A DNA stretch of 63,980 bases, filler included, from Pelomyxa schiedti (GCA_020536535.1; 7 parts of 7 records of this genome joined end to end with filler, not necessarily neighbours in it); one strand, 5' to 3'. Shown: positions 22,175 through 36,622, counted from the first letter of the whole stretch. Notes: a model not told the origin generated them from the letters alone. Translations and numbers: made by a program.

Positions 22175-24287
22175 CTAGATGCCTTGGGAATTGAGAATTT
22201 GTAGTGCACCTGATGCTGAGAGCCTCTCGTTGCATTCAGACTTGAGCATGCAAGTAAGAATCTCCGGTAGTGCGCAACTCGGCACACAAAAGTTCGCCTT
22301 GAGGGCAGGACGCCTATCACTTGTGCAATGGTCCGGGTCCACACACAGCAGTTGCCAAAAAGTAAATGCCAAGGCAAAAGAATCCGCATTCAGGTAGGGA
22401 ATGCAGACACTATACTTGTTTTGAGAACTCGCATCACGGAGCAGTGCGGAGATGTCCGGGGGAATTGAAAGGGGGTTTCCCCAAACATCCTGCGACAGCG
22501 GTATGGTGCAAGTCATAGATTCCGTGCGTTCTGTGTCTATTGCCGTACCAAAGTCAATCAGTCTCAAATGCGGCTCATTGTAAGTCAGTTCATTGCACTG
22601 AACAACAATATTGTTGCCCTGTTATAAAAATGAGTGGAGGGCCTTGTTTTTTTTTATTTTTTAAATAAGTACTTTGATATCTCGGTGAGTAATGAAGTGT
22701 GAAGCTACGTGATGTACTGCAGATAATGCCTGTTTCAAAAGGTTACCCACAACACCTGGAGATTGGTGATCTGTACGTAGTAACCAGGAGCTTAGTGTCT
22801 CACCTGGATAAAAATTTGTTAGCAAGGGCAGAGGTGGGTGAATAGCAAGTAACCCCCATGTGGCATCACAATAATCATAGTCCGTCGACTTGCCCAAGAT
22901 TCGTACTCCGGGTAATCTAGTTTGTGTGGACATATAATAAATGACCCCGAGTGAAAAACCTGCTTTTAGTTGAATAGTCCATGAGGATGGAAGTGTTGCA
23001 ACAAAGCTGGAGATAGGGAATAAGATGTTTTTGTGAATTGGTAGGCGAGAGAGCACTGAGACTTCGCATCTAAATCTTGTGGAGGTTGGTTTTTATTTTT
23101 GGCAATGGCTTGTGCTTACTTGTTACGTATCTGGGTTGGACTTGAGATCCGGTCAGTCTGTGGTTCGAGCATTACTTTTAGGCACACTTGAAACGAAAGA
23201 GACGGATGAGATGCAGAGAAAACTGCTCCATACGCTCCACAGGAAATAAGATGGGGATCATTAAATTGAGAAATCTCCAACATGACACAGGCTTGAAGAA
23301 TCCCGGTTAACTCCCGATTTTCTGCTCTAGGTGTGTAAAAGTTCGGGACTTTAATGTTTCAGATTACCTGGAGAGTTCCAGTTGGCTTTGTAATTCCAGG
23401 ACCTTTTTACGGCATTCTGGGCGTTTCAATTGATATCATTGAGACGGGAAGGAAGGGATCCCACCTTGTAGGTCCTTAGTCAGAGTACTGATTGTTCCAC
23501 GTAGTTCTTGGGTGTCTTTTGGCACTTGAATGAAAATTCACTCACTCATTTAGGAATTCATACGCGAATCAACATGATTGTTGTTAGATTGTTTGATAGC
23601 CAACGCAGCCGCGTGTTTCCCGTCAATTGCAGAGGACAGCTTTGGATTCAGCGAAAGTGCAGAATTGAAGAAAAACAGTGCCTCTGACGGCATTTTCAAG
23701 GCAAGCAGAGCCTCGCCCTTGTTTTTCAGAGCGTTCGCGTGCGCCGGGTTCTGCTGTAGCGCCAAATCTAAAGGTGCCAGGGCCTCGGAATGTCGCCCGA
23801 GCGAATTCAGGGCGAAACCCTTGGTGCTCAGAGCCAGGGCGTTTTTGGGGTCAATTCGAAGCGCCACGTCCAGTTCGGCCAGGGCGTCTACGAACCTGCC
23901 AAGGACAACGAATGACGCAGCTTTGTTGATGCGAGCACTCACGTGCCCCGGGTCGACGGCAAGCGCCTCGTCGAACTCGGAGATGGCGCGCTCCAAGTTG
24001 GCGGCCCCCCCGGCCAACAAGGCGGGTGTCCCATAACACGGCGCCATCGTCATCATCATCAAGGAGAAGCCTGTTTCTGAGTGGGAATCGGCGAGGAGAG
24101 ACGGGCTCCTCGGGGCATGGGCTGCCCGGCAGCTCTCCTCGAGGACCCGCGCTGCTTCGTTGTGGCGCCCAACGCGGTTCAGATGCGCCGCCTCCTTGAG
24201 GACTAGCATAGAGGGATCATAGCGCGGGGGCGAGGTAGCGCCGAGGCTGGAGGCGGGGTCGGTCGCTGTGACAGTCGCCTCGCGCAT
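22175..24287 (-). CDS. TPR-repeat + Ser/Thr protein kinase (PINK1-like kinase features)
   Basis: TPRs in 23550-24287; CGAYGAV, VCLKVM, LPIHKNI, HRDIKGNNI, IDFG, WGNPLSIPPD, ADSFAL. Confidence 0.85.
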
Positions 24288-24440
24288 TCTCGGAAGGACA
24301 CCTCGAGAACTGGGAGAAGACAGGACTGCCTTGGCTATTGAGACCGAGCTAGTTTTTCCGGACCAGCATTGTCACGAGCGCTTTCCACAAAGACCCTGGG
24401 TCCAGGCACTTTGATGGTGGAAAGGTTGAAATCCATAGGA

Positions 24441-25342
24441 ATGACAACCGAGGCGACTACCCTGTTGCGCACGGGAACTACAGATGATGGAGAGGAGGAA
24501 GGAAGAGCAGGACCTTTGACCGTCAAAGTACTGGTTGGGGGCCGGGGGGGTTCTGGAAAGACATCCTTTGTTAGGCGGGTTGTGACTGATGCATTCAGCC
24601 CTGATTACAGACAATCTGTGGTTTGGTTCCACACCCACAGCTGTCATTAAATTTCTTGTGGTGAGGGAGTGGATTTTCACCTGCATACAATTGACCTGCT
24701 TGGGAAAATAGTCCGAGTCCAACTTTGGGACATTGGAGGTACAAGAAACTGTTACATCTTTGAAAATGAAAAAAATCATAGGACAAGAGATCTATGGCTC
24801 CTTGAGTAGTGTATTTAACATGCAGTTTACAACAATTTTCACTTTCCCTTAGATTTGGTGCAGGAAAACTGATGGCGCATTTATTGGTTTTGACATCACC
24901 AATCCAGCATCATTTGATCAGGTGCTAGACTGGAAAAAAGTTATTGACAGAAATGTTACCCTCTCCAATGGAGAACCAATCCCGTGCTGGCTCATTGCCT
25001 TCAAGGTACTTCAGGTTTTGGTGCTAATTTTTCATCTGTTGTACAGTGTGACCTTCCCAAGGAGGACCACTGCAAAACTGCTGAAGAACTTGACAATTGG
25101 TCAAAGGAACACAAGTTTCAGGGGTGGTAAGACCTTGTTAAATTAGATTCTTATTTTTTTTTGTTACCTGTTCCAACCAAAAAAAAAGGACATGGTGCAG
25201 TGCCAAAAAGCCATTGGGAAATGATGCTGCAGTAAATGGCCTGGTGACAAGCATTTGCAATACACTTGACTGTGAAACATCCTGTTTTACCACACTCAAC
25301 ACACAGGAGGCTCCTAAGACAAGTCCATGTTGCAACTGTTGA
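24441..25342 (+). CDS. Rab32/38-like small GTPase
   Basis: GRGGSGKTS, GVDF, QLWDIGGQE, LSNGEPIPCWLIAFKCD, FQGW..CSAK, C-terminal CCNC. Confidence 0.85.
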
Positions 25343-25416
25343 GTTAGAAAATAATATTATATTATTTGGTGTTACAGATTCAGTCACAGGGATCTTCTAA
25401 ACCAATGTTGCGGGGC

Positions 25417-27262
25417 TCAGATGAACAAACAGTTTCCAGTTTCCTTCAAGCACCCTGCAGGCAAACAAGCCAGATTCCAGCGCCTCCCATAACAACCCAT
25501 CTTGTGTTGGCGGCCTGCCACTTTCAAACGCGGCACGACCACCTGAGAGCGACCTTTCCCGTGCCGTTCTGGCGTCGACCTGGACGGTATGCCATTCCAG
25601 CGAGTATTTCTGAATGAACCAGCGGAGGCACTACGAAATTCGTTTTTGACTGTGGAATGGTTTTTGATTCCTGAAGAAAGCAAAACAAGACTGTACGTGA
25701 AAAAATGTTTTTACAGTCCTTCTTCTTCGTAGTCTGAGAGGGAGATGAACTCAGGAGGGGGTTCCACTTCAACAATCTCAACCAAGTCCTGTCCCTGCTC
25801 ATCAACCAGCTCTGCTTCTTCGTAGTACGTCGGGAGTGGTGAAGTCTGTTTACTTGCAGGTGTTTCAGTGTCAGTTTCCAACTGGCTTGGTGGTGGACTT
25901 TGAGGTTCTGGCCGTAGAGCATTTGGTTGCGTTGATGATGGCAGGACGGGAGCTGGTAATGCCGGATGTGTGATGCTGGTGGTATTTGTGACTGTTGTGA
26001 TGGGGGTGGAAGTGATAGGTGTTGTGTATGAACATTCACCTTGGTGGTTGGGCTGGGGTGTATGGGGAGGCCTGGGTTGTGAGAACTCTGCGCATGTAGG
26101 TCGCGGCCGGGGTAAGAACTCCGCAGTAGCTGTAACCTGAGTCTGGGAGATTTGTGTGGAAGCGGTACAAGGCAGTGCTTCAATGGTCTCCGGTGGTGGG
26201 CTTTGAGGTTGAACAGGCGAACTTTTAGAATCTATGGTTAACAAAACAAAACTGAATAGAGGTGTAGTGTGAGCGAAGCCTCCCAAAAAGGCAGGTGCGA
26301 TGCGCCTGAGTGCACATGGCTTTCTAGATGGGGTTCTCACAGTGCAACCCAAGGACTGTATGGAAAGGGTTACTTCCCAAAACAAATCCGGGGTTACACA
26401 TCCAATGGTGCTGGGAGAGTGCACATTGGGGTTATACCGAATTCGACATGCATCTCAGCTGTTGGGATATTGCAGTATAGTAGTTGGGGGAGAGACGGAG
26501 GAGTGTGGAGAAATAATGAAAGAGAAATGAACAAGCCTCGTATTGTCGTCATCATCGTCCAGGATTTTAATAAGCTCTGGCCTTCTTTTTGAGTTTTCTA
26601 CTACCTTGAGTAACCGGTCAAGATTCTTCTGATCATTTCTAGAAGACGAGTTAGGGCAAGAGAAAAGCATTTCACAACTGAATGCACCTGCTGTGTGTAG
26701 ACTCGCAATACATGAATCGTGTATCACGCCCGACTCGCGTCTTTGCTTTAATTGCCAAGAGACTGTTATTTTGAAGGTTTGTATAAGCGAAGGGTCGATC
26801 AACGAGGCCAGCAGCCTCGAAAGGCTTTTGGTCCTGTCTGTAAGGACCAGCAGGCTTGAATCTTCTACGGCCTCGGCAAGGCCCGTCGTGTCTCAGTGGC
26901 GCAGCGCTCGGAGGTTGCGGTTGCTTTTCCGCTCTAGGAGGAATACCCTTTGGAGCCTGACAACGTGCACGCTGTGGCAGTGTTTTACCAATAGGATTCG
27001 CAGGAAGAGGCAGAAACGTAGGCGTCGGCAGATGTGGCGTAGGAAAGCAACGAGTAGCGGGGGGAGTAGGCAACAAACCACCCTGGTTGGGACCGAGAGA
27101 GCATCGCGTGGCGACCGTTGAACGAGGTAGCGGCGGTTGCTGGACACGTGCCGGAGATCTGGGGAAAAAAGGTGTGGTCTTTGGGATCTTAGCGGCGGTA
27201 GTGGTTACGCATGGGAAACTGTCGTCGTCGTCAATTACTATGACTGTCGCGTTGGCTTGCAT
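25417..27262 (-). CDS. Hypothetical multi-exon protein with Pro/Thr/Ser-rich regions (boundaries uncertain)
   Basis: Overlapping long minus-strand ORFs joined by plausible introns; no recognised domain. Confidence 0.45.
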
Positions 27263-27531
27263 CTCCGTGTAGTGTCGTTGTCTTGATTTGTTTGGTGTGA
27301 TTGTTTGTGAAAGAAACTTTTTGCGCAAGTTTCGGCGTTCCGGTTTCGTAATGACTCTGCAATTGCATGATGGGTCTGGATCTGAGACTCACACATACAG
27401 CTCCATCTTGCCCGGTACATATTCTTCCATCTCACTCAATCAGTTTGTTCTGATTGGAACTTATCTCAGATCAAAAACACTTCGCGATTCTAGGAAGTCG
27501 GTTCTGCCGTTTCACGAGCTGTTTTGCGCCA

Positions 27532-30500
27532 ATGAGGTGCTGCGTGTTGAGACGCTTCGACCTGTCCGGGGCCAGAGGGCCCCCCTCTGCAGTTGCAAAG
27601 CCTGTGACGTCACGGTCGGCGCAAAGTTGGCACGTTGTCTCGGCGTGCTTCCATTTCCACAAGCCGACGCTCTTTGTGGCCACCAAATCTGCTATCTTCT
27701 GTGCCCATCTGTTCTTTTTCTATATTTTTATTTGTGGTTTTTGATTTAGGTCTAGTTTTTTTTTTTTTAGCCCAACTTACAAAAGAATTGTATTGCAATA
27801 ACCAATTCCATCATTGTTATGCAGCATACGATGTATCAAGTGGGATGCAAGACAAGATAATATCTTTGGGGGATACGTCGAAGAAGACTGCACAACAATC
27901 ACAGTGGAAGATACAACATATTTTACATGTTCCAGTGGCAAACTTACTCTGTGCAATGTGTGATGTGGGTAACCCAAACCTAAATGGTTGAACTTGCAAG
28001 CCCACACTCAACAAGGATGGCCACATGAAAGCATGGGATGCTGATTCAATGTCTTTGGTAGTTTCATTTGTTCCTACATTGGAGCGAGAACAAGCGCCAT
28101 TCGCATCCTTTGCTGCCAGTACAACATCACCACTTGTTTTTTATTCAAAAGCCTCAACAAAGCATATCAGTGGTGTGCCTCCTTTTTGGTTTTTTGCACA
28201 ATAAAGTGTTTAATGGCCTCCAATAATTATGTGACCTCAGTGTTGGACCTATATACTATGGAGTACTTCAAGATGCGAGGAAGCAAAAAGCAAATTGCTG
28301 CCTTAGCCGTACACCCAAAGGAGTACATTCTGGTACTTTGTTCACTACCCTCACCCCTTTTCTCACCCCATAAGGCTTCATGCTCACTCGAAGGGGAAAT
28401 AAGATTATGGGATTATGAAAAACAGGCCACAATTGCAACATTAGAGAGTATGATATAGGAAAAATTCTCAACATTCTGAATTACACAGACTCTCTTCCCC
28501 CATCGCCATCATACTTCCTGTCTTTTAATGCTAGTGGGACCCATCTATTTGGCGGCACCCCAAATGGCAATATTATTATTCAAGACACAAACTCCATGAA
28601 ATCCTCTGTAACAAATCCCCCAATTATGTATGTCATGCATCCATCTCCCACTTTAGTACCAACACACGGAACAAAGTTCCAAGAAGGATCTTGGGTGTGC
28701 ATTCTGGTACCTGACATTTCACCCACGGTTACCATTGTTGGTGGGGTTGACAAAAAGTGGGGAGTTCAGATCTTATCAAGTCAGTGACGACTCATTAACT
28801 TCATCAAGTATACTCATAAGCATTTACCAACTCTTACTTCATTTTAAGAACTTGTTGACATTTTTAATGAACCTGAAAGAACTAAATCTGCCTTGCCAAT
28901 GAAAAAGCTCTTACAACCGCTCTTAGTTTTCCATTACACAAAAAACATGATTGGTTACTTCGTAAGTGCTACTTCAGTAGAAATAAGATTTTGAACTCTT
29001 ATTCCAGGACAATGTACCCGTTCTTGACAGCGACTCTACTGAAAAGAAAATTCCATTATCAGTCATTTATCAATTGATAGATCCAGCATTTGGTAACATG
29101 CAGACTGTTGTGGCCCCCATTCCCACTATCCAACCTGAGGACATTTCTTTCGGTGGGAAATCAGTATTTGATTTTTCTTCTGATAGTATTTATTTCGCCA
29201 GGTTCGTTCTCTCTAATTCTTCAAAGCATTTTTAAGAGTATCCGGACAGTGGGAATTGCATAAATACATATTCTTTTGCATCAAATGAAATAGCTGTGTG
29301 TCTCCCAATAGAGGTTTGTCCTCAATTTCTGTTCATCAAATAAACAAACAAAAGCATATAAAAACTCTATGGTCTACCCTTCCTGATAGCCCGGGCAAAT
29401 TGGTATTAATACTGATTAAATTTTAGTTAGTTCTTACTGTACTCTCAGTCCCCAATATCTCATGACATAGGCTTTTTGCGTCCTGTGAAGATTCTTCATA
29501 GGTTCCCAACTGCCCTTCCTCCTAAGTTATATATTCATTGAAAAAAGTTCCAAGCGGTCATTACTGGCTATTCTTTTAGAGGAAACGGCACATAACTCTA
29601 CTAAGAGAGGGTGCTATTTTTATCCTACTTCCAAAAAAACGAATCCTGTAATTTGCACAGGTGAACTTTCTGTTACACCGAAGGTTGTCTCTAAAATAAT
29701 TCACTAGGCTGTGATTTCATCTTCTATGAGAATGACCAGTTTGTACTGGTTCTTGATGACATGAACAACTCCCTAAAACTTGGTGAAATTTCTTCTTTTC
29801 CACATGCAGCTGTCACTGTTGCATTACCAACGGACTATGGGCCGCCTCAAGCAACTTTTTTTTCTCCCTTATGTAGTCTAGATTATTTTTTCCTAGTTTC
29901 TTACAGTTCTTTTTTCACATTTCACAGTGAAAAACGGAGGAAGCACCTTCCTAATATCGTTTCAGAAAGATAATGTTTCTACCCTCTTGTTGCTGTCTCG
30001 TAAGAAGAAAGCAGTAGAAATTCTTCACACACTTCAATTGGGAAACTCAGAAAGAATTCTCGATGTATGACTGTCATTCTCCATAAACTTCTAAATAGCT
30101 CATTAGATCCAATGGCAAACACAAAGGACCTCAAATTTCAATATTCTCGCAGTTCTGACAAACACCCGACTTATGCTGGTGGACTCCAATTTGCATGTCT
30201 TGATATCACTTTGTGAATCCTTCTGCACAACCACAGTTTGTATAGCTAGATCAAAATTGCATTACCAACTATCTTAGTATAACAGCATAATGTGGGTGGG
30301 GTGGTCTCTGTTCTTTACCACACGTACCTCGGTAAAAATGATGACTCTGGACGGAAGTATCTCGAATGTTCTGAGTTTATCAGATGAAAAATCAGGTATT
30401 AAAAGAGAACAATGCCAGAACTAAAAAATCGGAAATTAGTTCTTTGTGGCATGTTGCCTGACAGAATATTACTGGCAACAACTGAACTCAATACAACCAC

Positions 30501-33500
30501 AATTTACGCACGACCACTTGCTCTCTTAACTCCCCTACTCCTGGGGGAATTAGCTGCACAACCTTTTTCTGGTTATCCAGATATGTTATTCCGAGATAAA
30601 GTATTGCAGCTTGTTACACGGTACACTTCAGCCCGACTATTATTACTGAGTACGCCACTCTTAGATTTGATTGGTCAAACATTGCCAGTAGTGTCATATC
30701 TAAATTGACGGACTTTCACTTCTATGACATCGCACATTGTCTGGCTTTGCATACTCTGTCCCTCAGACAGAGAAACGAAGTTGCAATGAACGCACATTGC
30801 TACACTCAAGCTTTTGAAATTCTTGCAGCGGAATTGAAAGCCAAACAGGGTTCGATTATTCTACTCACCTTTTAAGTTAATAATAATATGACCAGAGTCC
30901 CACCCGTTACATGGATCGGAGCTCTTCAATAAATTTCTCAATCTCATGGCATTATGCATCCATCATGGCCAGTACAAGCTTGCTGAGCAGGTTTTTTTTT
31001 TATCATTAAACACAAAAAATCATTAACATCACAAACAGTGTTGTGAGACAATTGGGGATCCCCAGCTTAGTCTTATCTTATATCTGGTGACCCGAAACAA
31101 AGCTGGACTCCAATCCCTGTGTACATCCAGTTCAACCAGAGAAGTATCCGCAGCTGTTACAAAGTTCTTGCAATTCCCCGTAAGTTCTCTGGGTTACTTC
31201 AGCTCCATCCCTCATAGTTATAGAACTTATTGGATACCCCAACCGTAAATGCTACTCTTCACTCACATGAATGTTCTGAAGCTGACCTTCTTCCTCGCAC
31301 TTCAACTAAGGCAGTTGCTATGGTCAATGGAAGGGCAATAATTTTTTTGAGGTACACTAATTGTGAAAATCTGGTCCTTACTTTCGGTGCAGTACTTCTG
31401 ACTGCTCAGCCTGGTTTAATATGCCATCACAGCCACCCCCAGATTTAGCTACAGATATTGAATCGGAACAATCCATTTTCGCAGCAGCCAATTCTTCTCC
31501 AGGTCTTGCAACACCTACAGCCACATCCACAGTTACATCCACACAACCTCTTGTACCAACCTGCCTTCCTCCCACATCAATTTCTGCATCAAAACGTTCA
31601 TCTGCTTCATCGCTAATGTCATTGATCACATCTGCTTCCTCAAGCTCTACTCCTGCACCAACGGCCATTTCTGCTTCAAAGAGAGGTTCTTCCCGTTTGT
31701 TAATTCCTCCTAGTCAACTAGCCTCTAATGTTGCGCCATCGTCAACTTCAATCACAACATCCCTTACTCCTGTGAGTACAGTTAAGACAGTAGTACCTTC
31801 AACAAATGTGGAAGAAAAGCCTTGCAGTTATTTTCCTTCCAAACAAAATTTCGAATTTATTTTTCACCACCAACTGCAGATTTGACCAGACCAGCAGGAC
31901 CCATATCGTTTCCATCCTTTTCTTTTTCTGCTCCTACCTTCGCAGCACAGGGGCGAGTGCTCCCTTCTATTTCCAAGTATCTCTCTGGGATGGTAGAAAC
32001 GCTAATACTTTCTCCAGATGCAATGTCTCACCAAGATTAAATAAAGCCGAGGCTGATGACATCCCGTACTGTGAAGAGTTCTTCAAGGAGGAGTTGGACA
32101 AACCCCCTGTTTTTGACAGGTAAACCCCCCCAATAAGGAGAGACTAATTTGGATAGGTCCACACTTCTGAGTCAACCACATTCTTTCTGTTCGTTACCAT
32201 TAAACCTTAAAGTCGAGCCACTTACCCTGATACAACCAAGGAGAGCGCCTAGTTCGCAATCTGTCAGTTCCTCTCTCGACAAACAACTGCATAGTACTGT
32301 GGAAGATACAACTACTCGGCGGCTAGAGGAAACACCTCACAAAACCCCCACTTCAAAGATACACCCAAGTCCACTTGAAAGAAGTGTCTCCCAATACAAC
32401 GTTGGATCACATAATGCTCCCTCTCATGCGCACACACCGCTTTCAAAGCCTGATCACAAAACAGGGCATGCATCTCTACGCTCATCATCTGATTCTGTTG
32501 TGAAACGAGAGAAGGTCACCGCAGTAACTTCTTCTTTGAGTGAGAAAGCTAAGACACCACCACCAACATCCCCTCCCCCATCTACTTCACCCTCATTCCC
32601 AAACTCTACATCATCGACTTCACCGCCTCTGAATGACACAACTTCCATCACAACAACACAGAGACCTTCACATCACAGCAAACCTCAAAAAGCGTACGAT
32701 AGGTTTACATTGCCACCACAGTCGGCAGAAACCCCTGACACTGACGTTCGCCGTCAAACACTTTCCCGACCTCCATCTTTACCTCCTCCTCGCCCTCCTC
32801 CTAGAGTAGAGGAAAAAGGAGTTCAAAAAGAGACCAATGCTCTTCTCATGAGCCCGTAAGAGGTCCTTCTTTATGTGACCCACTAACAACCAATACAGTG
32901 ATTACCTCACTACCTGTGTTGCGGTTTATCAAGGATGGGAAAGAAAACAATACTCTAATTGCATCAAAGCATGCGATGTTGGATTGAAGCTCCTTGTTAC
33001 AGGTTTTTTCCTCTCTCGAAGGCTAATAATAACACTCACAAACCAGCATGCCCAACGGAGCACAGGGATAACCCTGACAATTACCCACTCGAAGTTATTG
33101 ACGCAATCAAGTTGCTCGCATCATACAAGTACGATTCGAAATTTTCAAATCCAATAACAATGTTTTTAGAGTAGCCTGCAACATCCTACAGGAGATTTCC
33201 GATTTGGCACCAACTGATCCACAAATACCACTTTTAAAAAAATTTGTGTCTTCTCTATCGATTCAGGTTTCCCTGATATTATTAATGTGGTGATAACTGT
33301 TTCCAACAAAAAGCCACAACACCGGGTGGAGTGCCTACGCCAAGCTGTGGAAAGCAATCTCAATGCTTACAACTATGGGATTGCTTCTAATGCCATTCAA
33401 GTAATTTATTCCTATTTCCTTTACCCTCTTTTCAACAATACCCAGGGGCTTCTCGCACTCCAACTTGGCCCGGAAGAAATTAACGATCTCAAAATGAAAT

Positions 33501-33877
33501 CCAAAAAATGCAGAGAGAATAAGTGGGTGGACGCCAACATAGTAGAGTACTCGTGTCTTGCATGCAGTACAAAGGCACTTAAATTAATGGACATTTCTCT
33601 CACAAACAAACTAACAAGCAATTGCACAGACTTGTATTGGTGCCGCAGAGTGTAATAATTGTAAACTACCAATCCGATTTTGTTCTGTAGTGTGTATCCC
33701 CTAACCCACAAAACACACCAAAAGAAGTAACACTACATTCAGACATTCGGCCCAATATCTGTCACACCTACCCCACAGTGTTCAATTTGTTCTTCCTTCT
33801 TCAGTGTGTCTACAGCAACGAAGTGCCCCCATTGCCTAGTGGGCAATATTGTAGTTGTAAAAAAACGTGGTGTTTGA
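27532..33877 (+). CDS. tstE: TSET/TPLATE complex WD40-solenoid subunit, TTRAY1/TWD40-1-like
   Basis: CFHFHKPTLFVA, KKQIAALAVHP, IQWQ..ILAVLTNTRLMLV, SIMWVGWSLFFTT, LCGMLPDRILLA, LLTPLLLG, VTRFD resemble plant TWD40-1; C-terminus is COP-alpha-like with CxxC pairs. Confidence 0.7.
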
Positions 33878-33915
33878 ATAGAAATTCAATTTTTCTCCTT
33901 TTCCTCAACATATGT

Positions 33916-36622
33916 TCAAAGGTGAGAGGAAGAAGCTGTCACAACGGGTGCCACGTGAGCACTAGCAAGAGATGGGGTGGTTGTTGGGGCAGTAGTATTT
34001 GGAAGTGTAGGTTGCTCTTTGGCAACACACTCAGCACAAAGAGTAACCTTTCCGGAACATTCCATTTGCTTGATTACTTTGCTACAGCCTTCACAGGTAC
34101 GGCAACGGTCACATGAATAAGCCTTGGTGGATTGCTCTTGGGGTGGTTCCTTGTAAGTGTAAGTTGGGGAGGAATCAGTAAATGGGAAAGCTGCACATAC
34201 CAGGCGGATGACTCTATTCTCTTGGCCAGGGGCAGGAACATCCTTTTTGGGGATTAGATGAATCATAACTTGTGCACTAAGGCTTACCACAACGGTCCAA
34301 TCTTTCATTAATTTGAGAGCATAAACCATTAAAGGCCTAGTGTTCGGACATAACATACACTGAAGGACCTGTTTCGTGTAAGGGAGTTACATACAAACAC
34401 TTAGGCTCACAGTCTTCTCGTGACACTGCTGACATAAGATGCTAGTGCCAACTTTGCAGGAGCCTGGTTGCCTACAATAACGGCACAGCTGTATGGGTTG
34501 GCCTTTTTTAGGTGCTTCAGTGCAGGATTTGCACAACAACTTCCTTTCTTTGCTCTGGACCTGAATCGATTAAAATTGAATTACAGACTTTGAAGGCTTA
34601 CTTCATATACATAAGTCGCATTCGGTACTGGGATAAGAACTGTGCTTTTCTTCAATTTCGGGAAGCAATCAGGGGGTTGATGGCAGCCACAGTTGGGGCA
34701 TTGAAACTTCTGGGACGACATGAGGAAAAAGTTGGGATTGGGATCTGACAAACAGTCAAACGGCTGCAATTGGTACAAAAGCCTAAAGGCCCAAGCCTAG
34801 TGCATACAGGCGATTGTGAGCACACTGAACATAGCACCCCGCAAGAGGAGCACACTCCATTACGCAGTTCACCCACGCCGCGCTTGATTTTCTTACAAAC
34901 TGTGCATGTACGACATGTCCCACAGATATTTTGAGATTGAGCCTAAAACATAAATATGAGCCAAGTTCAAAGGGAAAACTCAGAAGTACGTACTGCTTTG
35001 GCGCCAAATGTACTCAGGGGCTTGGATTTATGGCAGGAGGAGCACTTGTTTGTATGTAAGTGATTTTTTTGATTATTGGAGAAAAAACCTCCTTGAATCC
35101 ACGAGGCAAGGTCTTAAGTGATAGTGGCTCAAACATTGGCTTAGGAGATTGGTCGACGGAAGTGCTAAACAAGGGCACATATGACTGCTGTGTGAAGGAT
35201 GGAGGTTGAGAGGCGTGGGGTGTCTGTGTCGATTAGAGCCAGGTGTATAAAATTCTGGGATACCTGAATGGGCATATTTGCAACGGGATAACGTGGGTCT
35301 TGAATTGAAGACACACGGGTACTTTCAGACACTGGCGCAGTTGAGCACGACTGGAAGTTCTGCTGAAACTGGAAAGGGGGCTGGTATTGCTGCGCATTGG
35401 GAGGAACAAAGTGCTGAACACCCGTGGGAGGGTACTTTGACTGGAAAGGAGTCTCAGAAACAGAGCGCAAGTCACCTGGGGAACTCTGCGGGATGGGCGT
35501 TGTAGGGTACTGTACGTCGGGCTGCCTATATTGCACCTGAGAATTCTCAGGCGCATAGGCATAGGTGAGTGCCTGCGTTGGAAGTTGGTTCTGCCAACCA
35601 GGCACAGCACCTTTACCACCGGTGGTTACCCCTTCACTTCCTTCCCTGCATTGGTTCCCTGTCATGTGCATCCCCGGTGTTGCCGAAAGGTAATTAGCAG
35701 ATTGTAGCATGCCATCTGGTTCAATATACACACCACCGTTGGAGGGGGGCGGCAAAGCCCACCTACTAACCGGCTGTGGTGATTGCAGTGGCATGCAATT
35801 CATCTGGAAATTGTTATGCGGCATCATTTGGGGCATGACATCTTGGTTTCTTGCACTATCTGTATGAGGCTGCTGCATAGAAAGATTTTGCTGCTGCAGC
35901 TGCAGTTGTTGTTGATGTTGCTGTTGCTGCTGAGGAATATTTTGTTGTGATTGAGGAATATTTTGTTGTGATTGAGGAACAATTTGTTGGGGGAGTTGTT
36001 GTTGGTACTGGAAAGACTGAGTAAGAGAAGAAGACTGAGGAGTGATTTTCAAATTAGACCAATCACACACTGCATTTGGCGAAGTGGGCGTCAGCTGAGA
36101 CTGAGTCGGCACCGCTGAAGTGGGAATCTCAGTCATAAGCATAGGCGACCCATAAACAACAAAAGGAGGGGGCGGAGGAGGAACGGCGTCCCTTTTCATA
36201 TTCACACCGAGACTGAGGCTTGCATTCTGATTCAAAAGACCAGAAGAAGTCCCGGTCCCAATCCCAGGATACGGCTGCTGCTGTTGGAATTGATGTTGAT
36301 TAATGTGGTTTTGCTGAGAAGCGAAACCGCCACCAACACCAACACCAACGCCATTGCCGTTCCATAACATGCTATTGACATTCGACTGTTGCTGTTGAAG
36401 TTGCTGTTGTTGTTGCTGTTGTTGTTGTTGTTGTTGCTGGTTTAGACGAGGAGGGGGAGGTGGCACGTGATGGTACTGTGGTTGGTTCTGCTGTTTCCGC
36501 TTCTGTTGTTTTTGCTGGTGTTGGTTGTTGTTGTTGTTGTTTGTTCTGTTGTTGGTGCCGTTGTGCGGACGGTGGTGGTTTTTCTGCGCGCGCACCTGTG
36601 GCGTCGTGTTTCTGGCGGACAT
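33916..36622 (-). CDS. Q/N/P-rich low-complexity protein with a C-terminal multi-CxxC region
   Basis: 485-aa first exon with poly-Q and poly-N; later exons CRTCTVC, CSSC, CSVC, CTNC, CKSC, CRYC, CQQC, CDRC, CAEC. Confidence 0.7.
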
